This document shows, in pieces, positions 1-13,067 of a stretch of 24,594 nt of DNA (positions are counted from its first letter, which is position 1; every line of letters begins with the position of its first letter). The stretch covers positions 3,113,905-3,138,498 of the forward strand of contig MU058000.1 of the NCBI GenBank assembly GCA_013265495.1, in the 5' to 3' direction. A program made the position numbers and the translations under genes. The DNA is from Vicugna vicugna (taxonomy: Eukaryota). The notes beneath the pieces are model-generated. The model was not told the DNA's origin. It searched no databases and saw only the letters and a program-made list of their open reading frames with translations.

Positions 1-3000
1 ACTGAGGTGAAGTTGCCACCAGGTGACTTGTGGATCATCTGAGGACGCCATACCACACTGGGGACTCAGAATTAATCACTGTCAGTGCTTTTTCAAGCAG
101 GGGGACCTACCAAGTCAATCGCAGTGAGTGGGACGTTCATGCTTTTGAATCCATACATAACTCCCATTGTGGCCACTTGAGATAGTTTGTTTATGAAGCC
201 TCTGAACAAGTAGTTGAGTTACTGGAGGAAATGAACCTAAATCCACAGAGGCTCATCTTATCTATGAGTTTATGGAAAGTCCTGTCAACAGGGAGGTTCT
301 GTGTGCATATGTGGGTGTGTTTATCATTTAAATGAAACACAATTCTGAACCTTATCTGCCGAGCCCATTCTCCTGGAGCCTCCCAATATCTTCTTCTTGA
401 TCCTCGACATCCAGCCAAACATCAGCCGCTGCCCATGAACTTATGGAAGTCCATGCCTCAGTTTCTATCTCCATGCAGAACAAATGGACAATGAAACATT
501 CTGCTTGCTGTACTGCCCACTGGAAGATCTTCCCACTCACTGTCTTTCCAGAACAACCTTAAAGAGAGCTGGGATACTTCAGGAGCCAGTCGTACTTAGT
601 GTCACCAGACCCAATTAATGTTGTTTTGTAGTCAACTCCCAAGTCAGAGGAACTCCTTTACAGATTTTAGGTGGGTGTCGAACAGGCAATAGCCGTACAG
701 CAGTGAGATGCACAGGAAGAAGGCAGATCCTCATGGAGCCTCTGCAGTGTCACCTTTGTGAAGAAATGCCAGGGAGTAGAGGATGGGTCTCCACTACTTA
801 CGAGACCTTCAAGGCTGTCTTCCTCCACTTGGTTGAATCTCTTTCGCTCCTTTACATTTATAAAAATAAATATATTCTCTTTATATTTCTTTACTCTACT
901 TCTAAGAAATATTGCATGATCTTTTCAATGGGTTAAGCATGGACAATAACACAGGTTGGGGAGATAAAATCACTTTAACAAACTTGCGCTTTTTACGCAA
1001 CTGCAAACCTCTCTTTCGGACAAGAAAGAGAAATCAATTATCTACTTAAATAGGACCAGAACAAGGGGAAAACATGTAGAAAGAAAAAAATTTATAAAAA
1101 CTACATCATGCACTATAACAAACCTTATTTGGTCACATGTCTTTTTAATTCTTTTAAGTATAGACAGATTATATTCCAAAAAAAGTTAAAACAAAAAAGA
1201 ATCAACTTTTGGCTATTTTTATAACGTCACTTTATTATTTCATAAGCTCAGCAACATTACCCCGATGGATACACAGCTGGGCCCTGCCTCTGATACAGGG
1301 TCACGATACAGGCATGCGCCATGTGGTCATTCCATTATGAATCAGCGGCTTGCCAAGCTGTGAACTACGGAGAGCCACACCTGCGGAGCCCCTCCTCCCT
1401 ATTTTCAGTGCATTTTCACCTCTTTTCCCAAACACTTGCTCTTCCTCCCTCCTCAGTCACACCAGAGTTTCCCAGGCCCTGTTGTTTAATGAAAGAAAAG
1501 TTTCTGAAGGAATTCACACTGTCCCACTGGATGAGTTAATATTTATTTCTTTTTTACGCATGCCTAGAAAGGGTATGGCTTAACCTCAAGTAAATAATGT
1601 TTACTGAGTGGTAGATTTCTTGCAAGGTGGCAACTGACAAGGGCATTCTACAGATACTGTTCTGGACCCTCCATGATAAGACCCAACTACATACTCTGAA
1701 GACATTATCTGCTAGAAAGATGTGTTGAAAAAATCAAGTTCCGGGCAAAAGAGAAAGCTTTGTCTATTAAGCCGTGATTCCCAGCAAGAGTTACTGCAAG
1801 CTGATAAGTAGGTCTGGCTCTTTGAAAGCCTTCTCGTAGTCCATTAGGCAGTGTGAGCGTCCCTGAGGGATAATGGTCACTGACGATCAATCCCATTGTT
1901 TGATACAATTAAGATCCCCACAGCTAGGGACTTGAAATACCTATTGTTATGTTTTTGCCATTTCCTGAAATCGTTCTTTTTTTTATTTTCATAAGCATAA
2001 GGTTCATGAGAAGGTGAATGTTAATCGCAACTTTTGAGAAAAATCCCTTAGCTCATTATGTGTGCTGAATGTGTGAAAAATAGACTTAAACCACTGCCAA
2101 AAAAATGTTTCTTGTGACTTTTTAGTTAATTATGATAACATCCAGAAAAGAAAGAAAGGTAACTTTGAACTTAGTGCCTTTTGTAAGTATACTTGAACTA
2201 GGAAATCTTGCTCTTATAAATTTTAACATTTTGCATGTTCCTGATTTGCATACTTATTAAGTCATAACTTTGATTCAGTATTTTTTTTTAGCATTTTACT
2301 ATTAACATAGCTGACAGTCTGGATAAATTCATACCTCATAGAGATCAGTGGGGAATTTTAATGCTAAAAGTACCTGAGTACTCAATCTGTAATTGTTTAA
2401 AAATAATTTGTCCAAATAAAATGAAAGGAATAAAAAGGGCTTCTAGTTTTATATAATCTCCCTTCATTTTAAAATCCATTCACAATATAAAGAACCTCAG
2501 TGCAACATCAATTTAATTTTCATAAACTTGTTTGCCAAAGAAAATACGTCAAAAGTGATAATTTTTCCAAAGACAGAAAAACGCATGCTCAAGTATACTT
2601 GCATTTTAAATATTGAATGTTCTGTTCACTTCAGTTAATTATTTGCCTTTTAAAGGGATTAAGAGGACTTAATTATGTTCATGAAATAACCTTATATTGT
2701 AAGCATGCATCTAAATAATGATTTTCAAAATAAAATGATTAAATCGTGGGCTTTTCAACCTAATAAAGACTTTATTTATAAACTTCTAGAAAATATTCTC
2801 TAGGGAAGCATTGCTCAATATATGGAATTAGACTAATGTCTATGTATTTCCAAATCAGTTATAATTTTTGTTTTAAATAAATTTGGGGAGCGTGTGTATA
2901 ATACACTTACAGTTTTTGATAACTGATTTAATCCTATTCTGGAAGTAATTTTATAGTAAAGTCTCGCTAAATATTAGCTTGTTCTTAGGCAGAAACTAGT

Positions 3001-4803
3001 TGAATATATAATTTTCTCTCGCTTTTCAGCAACTGTTTAGGCTTTGGGCAGACAGCTTATCAAGCGCTCAACTGTCTTAGCCTTTCCAGCGGCTTTGGCT
3101 ACTTCAAGGGAAAAACAAATACAGTCACCCGATGAGATAAAGCATTACGTATTTTAGTCTATTGTTCTACCTTTTGTCGGCTCACTCCTCGCCAAGATCA
3201 ACATAAAGGAACTTTAAGTCGCCAGTGAAGTGCTGACAGGGAACAAATTCTCAGTCTTAGTACCAACATGCATCAGTGTTTGTTTACGTAAAAGCAAGGG
3301 TCTTTCTCTGCCTTTTCCGTGATGGCTTTAAGCCTAAGGCTGAACACAGGCTAGTAACACTGGAAAGTGTGCAAAGATGATGCTAGCATCTTCAAACACA
3401 GCGGGAGGCACAGAGCAAGTGTCCCACAAACACATAAAAAGTTCCATCTGTGCCTTTCATCATATACCACCGATACACATTCTCATCTGAGATTCGTCGT
3501 ACAAGTATGATCACTGCTAACTCCTCACAAGGCATAGACTCAGTTCTTTGTTACCAAGCTATATCTCTCCTCCCCAGCACTGCCTCACTCTTCAAACTTT
3601 GGGTGTGATCTACTGACCTACTTTTCTGCTGCCGTGTCTGAAGCTCACCTCTGCTTGGCTCTTCAAGAAGCAGGTGGCTTTGCTTAAAACCAGCCCTGAG
3701 AGAATTGTCACTGTGATCTCCTGGGTGAGATTAATTCTAGAGCCTGCTGGCCTCTTGGCCAAGTTTATTACTAATAATAAATCACAGTTGGGCCACCCAC
3801 TCCCTCTGTCTTCTCTCTTTTTCAATAGTCTCCAGCAATCTTCTTGAGCCCTCACTGTCAGGGAGCTCAAGATTTAATAAGTCTTGCTCCTGCCTGATCC
3901 AAGTTGAGAACTCCCATTAATTTCAGTGTACAGTTTCAGCCCGTCTAGAATTAGTCCAAAGGTTCTGAAGCTTTAGCTCAAGCTGTCAAATTAATGGAAT
4001 TTAAGCAGACTTTACAGGTAGGGAATTAAGCAATACACGAATTCAGGGAAAAAAAAATTCATTTATTCTCTGGGGGTATCTTCTTCACATATATGTAAAT
4101 TTTGAAGCAGGAGTATATCATTCTAAAGCTGTTCTGTCATTCAAGGTTTTAGTTTATATGATGTTGGCAGGCAGGGCATCCTGTTGTTTGCCTGTTTGTT
4201 TGAAGTACTGATATATCGACAGACTTCAGCGTTGCCATGGATTAGAGATGCTAGTGATCTGTACACATTTTGCTTGTCTGCCCTTCTGTTCAGCAGGTTT
4301 TTTAAGCCATGTCTCCTTTCTAGCTCATGACATAGTCTTAGGGAAGGAAGTTTTGCCAAGCTAGAATTGCAAATATGAAGATAACACCAGATACAAAAAA
4401 AAAAAAATCACATAGCTCAAATAAAGCCTTTATTTTTTTTTAAATCTGCTATTTTGGGTTACCAACTCACATTTCCCTTATTTTACAAAGATCATTTGAA
4501 AGCCAAATATTTTGGTTTGGAATTTATTAACCCAAACTCTTGCTTGCCTATCCAAATACAATTGTACTCATCTTTTATAAGAGCAATCTGATCTTATTTA
4601 AGTTCACCTAGCAATGTATTCAAGGAAGATAATGATCCAGCATCACCTTCTCTCTCCTTCCCCAAGTGGAGAAGGTCCATCTGGATGAATCTGGCCATTC
4701 CGTTCTCCATTTCCAGCAATTGTGAGCAGATGACCCACTTGTGCAAATGAAAGTGGGAAGAGCCTGCTGGAGGGATTTGTGATTTCTTTCTTTCATAGTA
4801 AAA

Positions 4804-4827
4804 AGAGAGAGAGAGAGAGAAAGAGAG
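4804..4827. repeat. (AG)n microsatellite, interrupted
   Basis: agagagagagagagagaaagagag read directly from the sequence. Confidence 0.85.
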
Positions 4828-5487
4828 CAGTACAATGTGAGAAGAAGCAACTATCTCTACCTTTTTCTTTTTCCTTCTTTCTCTTGCATCTTCCTTCCTT
4901 GGCTATCATGCTGGAAGCGTCCTTCCAGCCATGAATGGAAGCACTGCAAAGGTGGGGAAAGCAAGCCTTGACATCTTACTCTTGGACTTGGACTTAAATC
5001 CAAGGAAGCTTCAACTCTTGCAGGTCTTGTTACATTGTTAGTTTGTTTTGTTTTTATTGAACCCCCAAATGTCACAGTTGATACAAAGACATAATCTTTA
5101 CAGATCAAGCAAAAATTGAGCTCTTCACAGTCTGTGAAGAAAAGCGCTCTGTGGGAAACTATGAAATTTTTACAAAGCATAATGTAGGAGGAGAGGAGTG
5201 CTGGGAAGTTAACTTTTTTTGTAACATGGGAACAGGACAACTATTCAAGCTACAGTGGCCTAAAATATAGAATTCCTCACCTTCCTCCTTTGTGATGGGT
5301 CTGCATGCCTTGATTATAAAGTTTATCATGAATTTTTCTAAAGAACAACATCTGTTTGTCTTCCTTGCTTGTCCATAAGCCAATTGATACTTTCAATTCA
5401 GAAGTAGATTTCTTTTGGTATATTGTCAGATACTGTTGAATGAAACTGAAAAAAATTTATACACATAGGTATCTTTGAAAAAATTTT

Positions 5488-5590
5488 CAATATATATTTA
5501 TATCTTTGAAAAATCATATATTTCTATATCTATCTATGTATATATGTACTTACATACCTGTATCTATCTATCTGTCTATTTATATAAACT
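5488..5590. repeat. Low-complexity (TA)/(TATC)-rich tract
   Basis: Degenerate tatatatt/tctatatc/tatctatcta units. Confidence 0.6.
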
Positions 5591-6531
5591 TTTTACAGGA
5601 TTTTCCCTCCTTAGTTTTAATTGCTCATGGTGGGGGGGGGAGCAGAAAGTAATGCCTAGAATTAACTAGGCACATATGCAACATATATATTATGTATATC
5701 ATATACATATTTCAATGTTGATGTTGAAGACCTAATTTACCTTTTCTTAGGACTTAGTGAAGAGGACTGGATTTCTGCTTTGATAATCATTACAGCTGTT
5801 TCTGTTGGCCAGTCAGCTCTGAGAACTGCTTGACTTGACAGCAGGAAATAGAGAAGCAGTGACAAATTGTATCTAGCAACTCTAGAATGCTGCCACTAAT
5901 CTATTAACTGAAAAATAAAAGTGCCCAATAACAAATGCCATTCTTCCTTGTGGAGCAGGTGAATTCTAATGCAAACAACAGCAAATCTAGCAGCTTCAAA
6001 TGGCATTTCAACCAGCCTCGGGATCCTTCCAATTTTTTTCTGTATTATCTTGTTAGTCTCATATCATTTTCACTCTGCATGCACTTACCTGTCTCGGCTT
6101 AATGGATTTCCAATTGGGAAAGTGCAGTATTCCAAGCTATCAAAAGCAGGTCGTTTCAGGGGTATGGCTGTTGAAAGTTTTCACTGATCATCCTCTAATC
6201 ATCGAAATATCTATGAGAGTGACTTACAGCCCAAGTGACAGCTACACTTTTAGTTACTCTCTAAGACAGTGTCTATTCAGGGCAAGGTGAACCGAAACTC
6301 CATCAGAGAAGAAAATAAAGGCCATTCTCAGCCAGAGAGCTCATTAACATGATATTTGCCTCTGATGTTTCTGAACTGTCTTTGTGAATGGACCTGAATT
6401 CATAAGTTCTTTAAACAACTCTAGCTCACTTTGGTTGTGTGAGGTCATTTGTAGAATAAGGGTTGCAGTGAAAGCCCTTGAGATAAATTCAAATAAATGG
6501 AAAGTTTTGGTTAAAATATTTTATGCAAATA

Positions 6532-7354
6532 CAGTAGCCCCCTTTTATCTGTAGGGGATAATTTCCAAGACCCCAGTGGATGCTTGAAATCACAGATAGT
6601 ACTGAACTGTGTATATACTGTTTTTTTTCCCCATACATACCTATGATACAGTTTAATTTATAAATTAGGCACAGCAAGAGATTAACATCAATAACTAATA
6701 GTAAAATAGAACAATTATAACAACATAATTTAATAAAAGTTATGTGAATTTGGTGTCTCTCTCTCAAAATATCCCATTGTATAAATACAATGCCTTAACT
6801 AAGCACTTACGAGGCATAGTGGCCATAACTTCTGCAGTTTGAGGTGCAACAGCAAAACTAGCATGAATTTCTTTTCCTTCTTCACAATTTCATAGATGGA
6901 AGATTAGTACTTACCATAGATCTTAGCAACCTCAGCATACATTTTTTTTTCTTTATTAAGTGGAAGACTTAATTTCTGCACTTATGAGAAATACTTTACA
7001 GCTTCTCTTTTGAGCATCTGAATTGCCAGCATCAGTGTTCTTGTGCTTTGGGGCCATTATTAAGTAAAATCAAGGTTACTTGAACACAGACACTGAGATA
7101 CCATGACAGTCAATCTGAAAATCAAGACAGCTACTCAGTGATGAAGGGGCAGGACACCTGGACAAAGTGATGATTCATGTCCTGGGCAGAACAGAGCAGG
7201 TCAGCAGATTTCATCCTGCTACTCAGAATAGCTCACAATTTAAACTTTATGAATTGTTTATTTCTAAAATTTTCCATTTAATATTTTCAGACTGGTTGAC
7301 TGGTGCATTACTGAAACCATGAAAAGCAAAACCTTGGAGAAGGGGAATATACTG
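6532..7354 (-). mobile_element. MER44/Tigger7-family non-autonomous TcMar-Tigger DNA transposon
   Basis: Imperfect terminal inverted repeats (left cagtagcccccttttatc; right, reverse-complemented, cagtatattccccttctcc). TA dinucleotides flank both ends (6530-6531, 7355-7356). Internal text such as tttataaattaggcacagcaagagattaac and ccaagaccccagtggatgcttgaaatc matches the recalled MER44 consensus in antisense. Confidence 0.85.
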
Positions 7355-7404
7355 TAATCCCTCTTGAAGGTAAACCAAGGAAGGCGACCCTGTACATGGA
7401 AAAA

Positions 7405-7600
7405 AAAATGCAGTCATTGGAATCAGATTCCTGGCTTTGCAAAGTAAGTTACATTTTTTCTGAGCTTCCGCTCTCTTACCTAAAAACATGAATAATGATA
7501 TTTATCTTAGATGATCATTTTAAGACAAAAAGAAAATACCTATAAAACAGTCCTCAGTATGTGGTCAGTGAGCACACCATAAGGTCAGCTAACATCTAAT
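7405..7600 (+). mobile_element. MIR SINE fragment (highly diverged)
   Basis: ggaatcagattcctggctttgc...aagttacattttttctgagcttcc...taaaaacatgaataatgata resembles the MIR core. Boundaries approximate. Confidence 0.5.
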
Positions 7601-8539
7601 TATTAACACTCACTCTCTTTTAAAATGATTTCATGGGAGTTCTCTGTGAACATAATGACTGTAGTATTGTACGATATCAATAAATTAATGTAGAAACGGA
7701 AATCAAAAGTGACAAGAATAATTAGCATAAGATAAAAGTAACGAACAGTACCATATGAACTAGGTAATTGTATCTGTTCATGAGGAATTCACCAAAAGTT
7801 CCACCATTATACAACAACTCCATTAATGATTTGAATTCTCTGATAATCACTTTCTGGGTTAAAGAAAATTAATTGATTCTTCTGTTTTTCTTAAAATTGT
7901 AAATATACTTGGCAAAATGTACTATTTTTCTGAACTGTGAGTCATAGAAACATATGAAGATAGAAATCAAAACATCATGGCTTCTTAACTAATAAGAAAT
8001 ATTTGTTTTATAGAAATAGTAAATAAATAAACAACTAAAAGGTGAAGTAAAAGTTAGACTCAAATGTGATAGAAAGCTTAATGGGATATATCCTGTGCTG
8101 GAGGGAATCACAAAACAAAGAGCAAATGTTACTGGTAGATTAATTGTGAACTAGATTCTTAGCACAAGATAATCACCTGAGGGATGTTGTTGAGAATCCT
8201 GAAGGAAGAGCAGAATTTGAACAGCCATATTTGAGGGATGATTACCTGTTAGGCAGAAAGATACATGTGATGATAAATAAAGCCCGGAGTCGCAAACCCC
8301 TTACCACATTCACTGAAACCAAGTACAATGGACAAGACCAAGATTAGCAAGCTTGATTCAGGCTGGATCCTAGGAGACTCGTCAAGGGTTAAGAGAAATT
8401 TACAGAGTGGTTTAAAGAAGACTTTGACAAAAAATAATGACAAGTTTATACACTGATGTGCAGAAAAGGAGAGATACACAGACTAAAGAGTGTGTAAACT
8501 GAATGATCTAAAAAAATTTGAACACTAAAAGGCAAATCA

Positions 8540-9490
8540 GAAATTTGAAAAAATATTTTAACATACAGAGTAGACACATTTCAAAATAAGGAGCTTTTAG
8601 AAATCAATAAGAACAACGCATTTTTTAAAAGTGCTCTGAAAGGCAAATGACCAAAGTTCATCAATTAAAACTTCATCAAATAAGACATAAAAAATTAAGA
8701 TAACCACATGAAAAAATTCAAACTACAGAATAAAGGAGTAATGTCAATTGAAACAGTGTGATTTTATACCTTTTAAGTTGATAAAAATATTTTTCAATGA
8801 CAATGTGCTATATCAGTGAAGGTTCAAAGAAAAGGACAAAGTCACACACATTTGATAGATGAGATGACTTTGTCCTTTATTAAAAAAAAAATGTTGATGT
8901 GTTGTGTATCAAAGAGCTCAGTATGTTCTTCCAAGTCCAACCAATGCTGAATACAGGAAATCATTCTAAGGAAATTACTATGATTGTGCCCAAGGATCTT
9001 AACTTTAAAGATGTTCATTGTATTTATTTTTTTGAATATATAAACTTGGAACTGTTTAAAATGGATTTGAGGCAGGGCCACCAAGTGCAAACTTACAGAG
9101 AGTAGCAATTCAAATATACTGTGATTCAAATAGTCCTAGAATTTTGCAAAGCTGTGGTTGTGATTTGAGATATTATTTATAAAATCATTGAAATATGTAT
9201 ATAATACAAGAAAAGGAATTAAATTTATAATCTGAAATTGATGCTGATGAAAATGGTAACAATATAAAATATATTAACAATATAGTCAATGAAAAAATCA
9301 GCTTACATTTTATATATATATAATTCAAAAATAAAATGAAGACAAATACAGATAAATAAAGCACACACACACCACCATACAAAAGTCTGCGAATAGACAC
9401 AAATAACTATTTATGGGTAGTAGATATGTTTTCATTTTATGTTTTTTAGCATTTTAAAAATGCATATTTTGTTCATAAGATTACTTAAAC
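8540..9490 (+). mobile_element. Ancient L1 (L1ME-like) ORF2 end / 3' UTR fragment
   Basis: A-rich sense strand with L1-like phrases (aaaataaggagcttttagaaatcaataagaa; ccacatgaaaaaattcaaac; gtaatgtcaattgaaacagtgtgattttatacc) and a T-rich 3' UTR-like end. Heavily decayed. Confidence 0.5.
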
Positions 9491-10994
9491 TATGAAAACT
9501 AAAAACAAGTGGTCACAAGGAGGGCTTAAAACAATAAACTGTTTTTGTCTTATTTACATTCAAGAAAATGTATGTGGAATTAGGGCAAAATTAGTTGGAA
9601 TGGAAGTAAGGATGTGGTAAGCTTATGAGATTCTCTGGTGAATTTAAAGGAGAATCTCGAATTGGAAATCTGCAGATATATAACTTCTTACAACGAAGTT
9701 GTAGGTTTTCTGTAAAACATTAAGGAAATTCATTGGAATCCAAAGGCTATAGGAAGACATCAATCTCTAAAAGTTTTTAAAAGTTCTGTATACGGACATG
9801 TTGTCATGTCAGCTTGAGTGAATATGTTAAGTCTATTTACATTTTTAGAAGAGATGGAAGTAGAATTTTACATTCTTGTGTTGCCCAAAAGGTTAATATT
9901 CCAAGTTCACCACCTCAGCTTACAGACAACAGAGGCTCTTGTTCAATCCAATCAGAGTGCAAATTCTAATACCTTTGATGTGCTGGTGTCACTGAGGTGG
10001 AGACACTCACTGAATAAAATTCCCTAAGGGGATTCAATTAGTCTTCTCAAAAAGCCCTCATAAAAGTCAAAGAAGAATTCTCTAATTGTAAATTTAAATC
10101 CTACTGACAGGCCCTTCAAATATGAGAGGTCTTGTTTCCTGGTGTTTTAAGATCATCACAATCTTGCTTAGTCTTCAAGTTCTCATCTCAAAATGTTCAG
10201 TTGTCTTTTGGAGTTAGTTTTTTCTGAATGGAAGTTTTTATAAGGTGATTACCTAAGGATTTTACGTCTCTCCTCACCCTCAGAAACACACACATATAGT
10301 ACATATGCCAAACAGCTTGGGTTTTCTTAATTCTAACGTGTACATTTCAATGGAAAAGATTTTGCAGCACAAACTCCACATTCATTTTCAAGGGTGAAGA
10401 AATATTGCACTGAAACCATATCTTTGATATTTCTTTTATACAAGTGCTTCTTCTCTTTTCTTTTTCTTTCCTTTTTTTTTTAATGATGAGAGTAAATCAA
10501 ACTAATTTTATCATGGAGGGAAGCACCTTGATACAAGGATAGTGTCCAAGTATACTATCAGGAAAGCTATCCTAGAGATACGGGACAGAAACCTTCAACA
10601 GACTGAATTAAAATACTTGAATTGTATGGTTTATTAAATCCATTCGAAACACATGCTGTGAGACTCTAAAGAAAATTAATGGGGTAAGTTAGCACACATA
10701 AAATACTGTACAAACAGAGCTGTGGGATCATACAAATCCTGGGACACACACACACTGCTCAGATAGCCTTCCTCTCTCATAATGTGGAGGATGCTTAGGG
10801 GCAATGACATGGGCATGTTCTATCTGAGGGTCACAGGGCAGAGTTAGCTTGGCCACCGCTGTAACTCACCAGTTAGCTGGCTAAGCGGCTGTGGATTTTA
10901 TACACTTCTTGGGAAGGGGACACTTGGCACCAGAAGGGGTGTCCCCAATGGGACACTTAATTAAGACTTCCTGATTATGTGTGTTGCACGTGCT

Positions 10995-11135
10995 TCATGT
11001 ATATTGAGTGCATCATAAATATTCAGTGCCTTAGATAACTCATGTATATTTAATGCTTGGTGAACGTTTAGTATCTCTTACATTTAGAATCTCATGTATA
11101 TTAAGTGCCCTTAGTATTTCATGTATATTACATGT
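10995..11135. repeat. Degenerate minisatellite with TCATGTATATT core
   Basis: Exact 11-mer TCATGTATATT at 10995, 11040, 11092 and 11119, with related flanking text (agtgcc(c)ttag). Confidence 0.7.
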
Positions 11136-11654
11136 CATGTTGTCCTTCCGTCCCTTTCAGTGTTCACACATTTGCACCTCTCAGCTACTGCTTTATCAGT
11201 TCTAACTCATCTTACGAGTTTCATCAGACCTGTTTCCTTTGTCCTCAATGGCAAGCTCGAATGTTCACAAGCAATACAACATATGCACGTTCCAGATTAA
11301 AAATATTTGTATTGCTGTATGCCAAAATACAAGACAAGGCATCTTCTTTTTCTTAAAAGTACCCTTAAAATATAAGGGAACCATCATATTGTAGTCTTCA
11401 TGGCACAATTCTTTCTTAATTGCCTTCTGTTTGACAACAAAATATCATTTGGCCAAAAAAAAAAAAATTGGCAGAAAACATACAAATTATCATTAGTTTG
11501 GTAAGTTTATGTGGTTCATTTGAATAATTCATACTTTTATATTATATATACATGCACACAAATATAAATATGGAGGTGGATGATTCAGAGCTGTTTCACG
11601 GTCAGTAACAATTATTGTGGGAGTGCCACATGAGATGTCAACTTAATCATGCCT

Positions 11655-11872
11655 TTTTAAAATTAATTAATTTTCTTATTGAAGTGTAGTCAGTCTACAA
11701 TGTTGCATCAGTTGCATTATGTATGCTGCATATACATAAACATACTCTTTTTCACTGTAGGTTACTACAAGATATGGAGTATAGTTCCCTGTGCTATACA
11801 GTAGAACTTGTTTATCTATTTTATATATAGTGGTTAGTACCTGCAAATCTCGAACTCCCAACTTGTCCCTCT
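11655..11872 (-). mobile_element. 5'-truncated L1 3' end (cetartiodactyl/camelid type)
   Basis: attgaagtgtagtcagtctacaatgttg...taggttactacaagatatggagtatagttccctgtgctatacagtag is the antisense of the typical artiodactyl L1 3' UTR. T-rich tail remnant on the left. Confidence 0.8.
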
Positions 11873-11909
11873 TTTTTACAGGCTTCAAAGTAATACAATA
11901 AGGCCTTAC

Positions 11910-12067
11910 GGGGGTGGGGAGGGTATAGCTCAGCTGTAGAGCGTGTGCTTAGCATGCACGAGATCCTGGGTTCAACCCCTCTTACCCAGTACCTCCATCT
12001 GATAAATAAATAAATAAACCTAATGACCCCCCCCCAAAAAAAGAACAAAAAAAAAAAAAAAAAAAAA
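11910..12067 (+). mobile_element. tRNA-derived camelid-type SINE (Vic-1-like), long form
   Basis: G-rich 5' end, Pol III A box TAGCTCAGCTG (about 11926), B box GGTTCAACCC (11969-11978), (AAAT)n, cctaatgacccc and a long poly(A) tail. Confidence 0.85.
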
Positions 12068-13067
12068 GGGCAGGCTTACATTGTGCTGATCACAATTATA
12101 CCACCCACGGGTGAATAGGGAAAACGTCAGAATATCCTGAAAATGGAATTTGTATACTTGGACAAATATTCTTATAGCAACATCATACACAGTTTTAGAA
12201 GTGATGTTATTTCAAAAAAAAGTGGAATAAAATAAAAGAAAGTGTGCTTGGACCTACAGTGATAATGAAGTCAGAAACTGGTTCTAATGTTGATGAAGAC
12301 ACTGACAGTATTCACATTGAGAAGTTGAAAAACATTTTCCATGATCTGCAACAATAAAAAAAATTCCAAATTATATCATATAATATGTGATTTTATATAT
12401 GTTACTGCAGAAAGAGTAAATATAAGCAGACATGTAACTATTTCATCTTCAGTCTTAAATACTTGTATAATCAAGATGCCTAAAAATCTTTTTTTTATCT
12501 ACCAATAATGAAACTGAGAGATTGCTTTGCATTCACAATCACCTTAAAATCTAACATCAAAGCTATTCTAGGTGAAATATATAATCATTATAGAACTTGA
12601 GTGTAATACGAAAAAACATGAAAAAGCTTTCAAAAAGTGTCACTACCCACCAGTAACTGTCAATATTTTGTGGTATTGCCCAGATATTTTTCTGAAGATA
12701 CTTAAATTTACATAAGTAGTATCAAATGTGTGCAGACATACAGATATGTGTGTACTGACTTATGTAGTCACTTCTCAGCATGTAAAACAACAGGCAATAA
12801 ACTTCATTTCATGCAAAGACAAGGCCTGTGCCTCACTACAAAAAACATGAAGAAGTGGTTTGATTTTTGCTTCAATATTGTAAAAAGTATCACAAAACCC
12901 CACTTAATAATTTATTTGAGCTCCTCAAAGTAGTGCTGTCTTCATAGGCTTATTGCTGCCAATATGATTTGATTAATAATTTTTTCTGGATAACTTTGTA
13001 TCCTATGCATTCTTATATGAAGGGCAAACAAAAGTTATATTAAAATTTTAGTGGAAATGCGAAAGTA

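Noticed and set aside
4630..4943. Degenerate collagen Gly-X-Y exons on the minus strand
   Set aside because: The purine-rich GGA/AAG text mimics collagen codons, but no sustained three-residue Gly periodicity exists in any frame.
10995..11135. CRISPR-like repeat-spacer pattern
   Set aside because: Mammalian context, only an 11-nt core, irregular and mutually similar spacers, no cas genes; it is a minisatellite.
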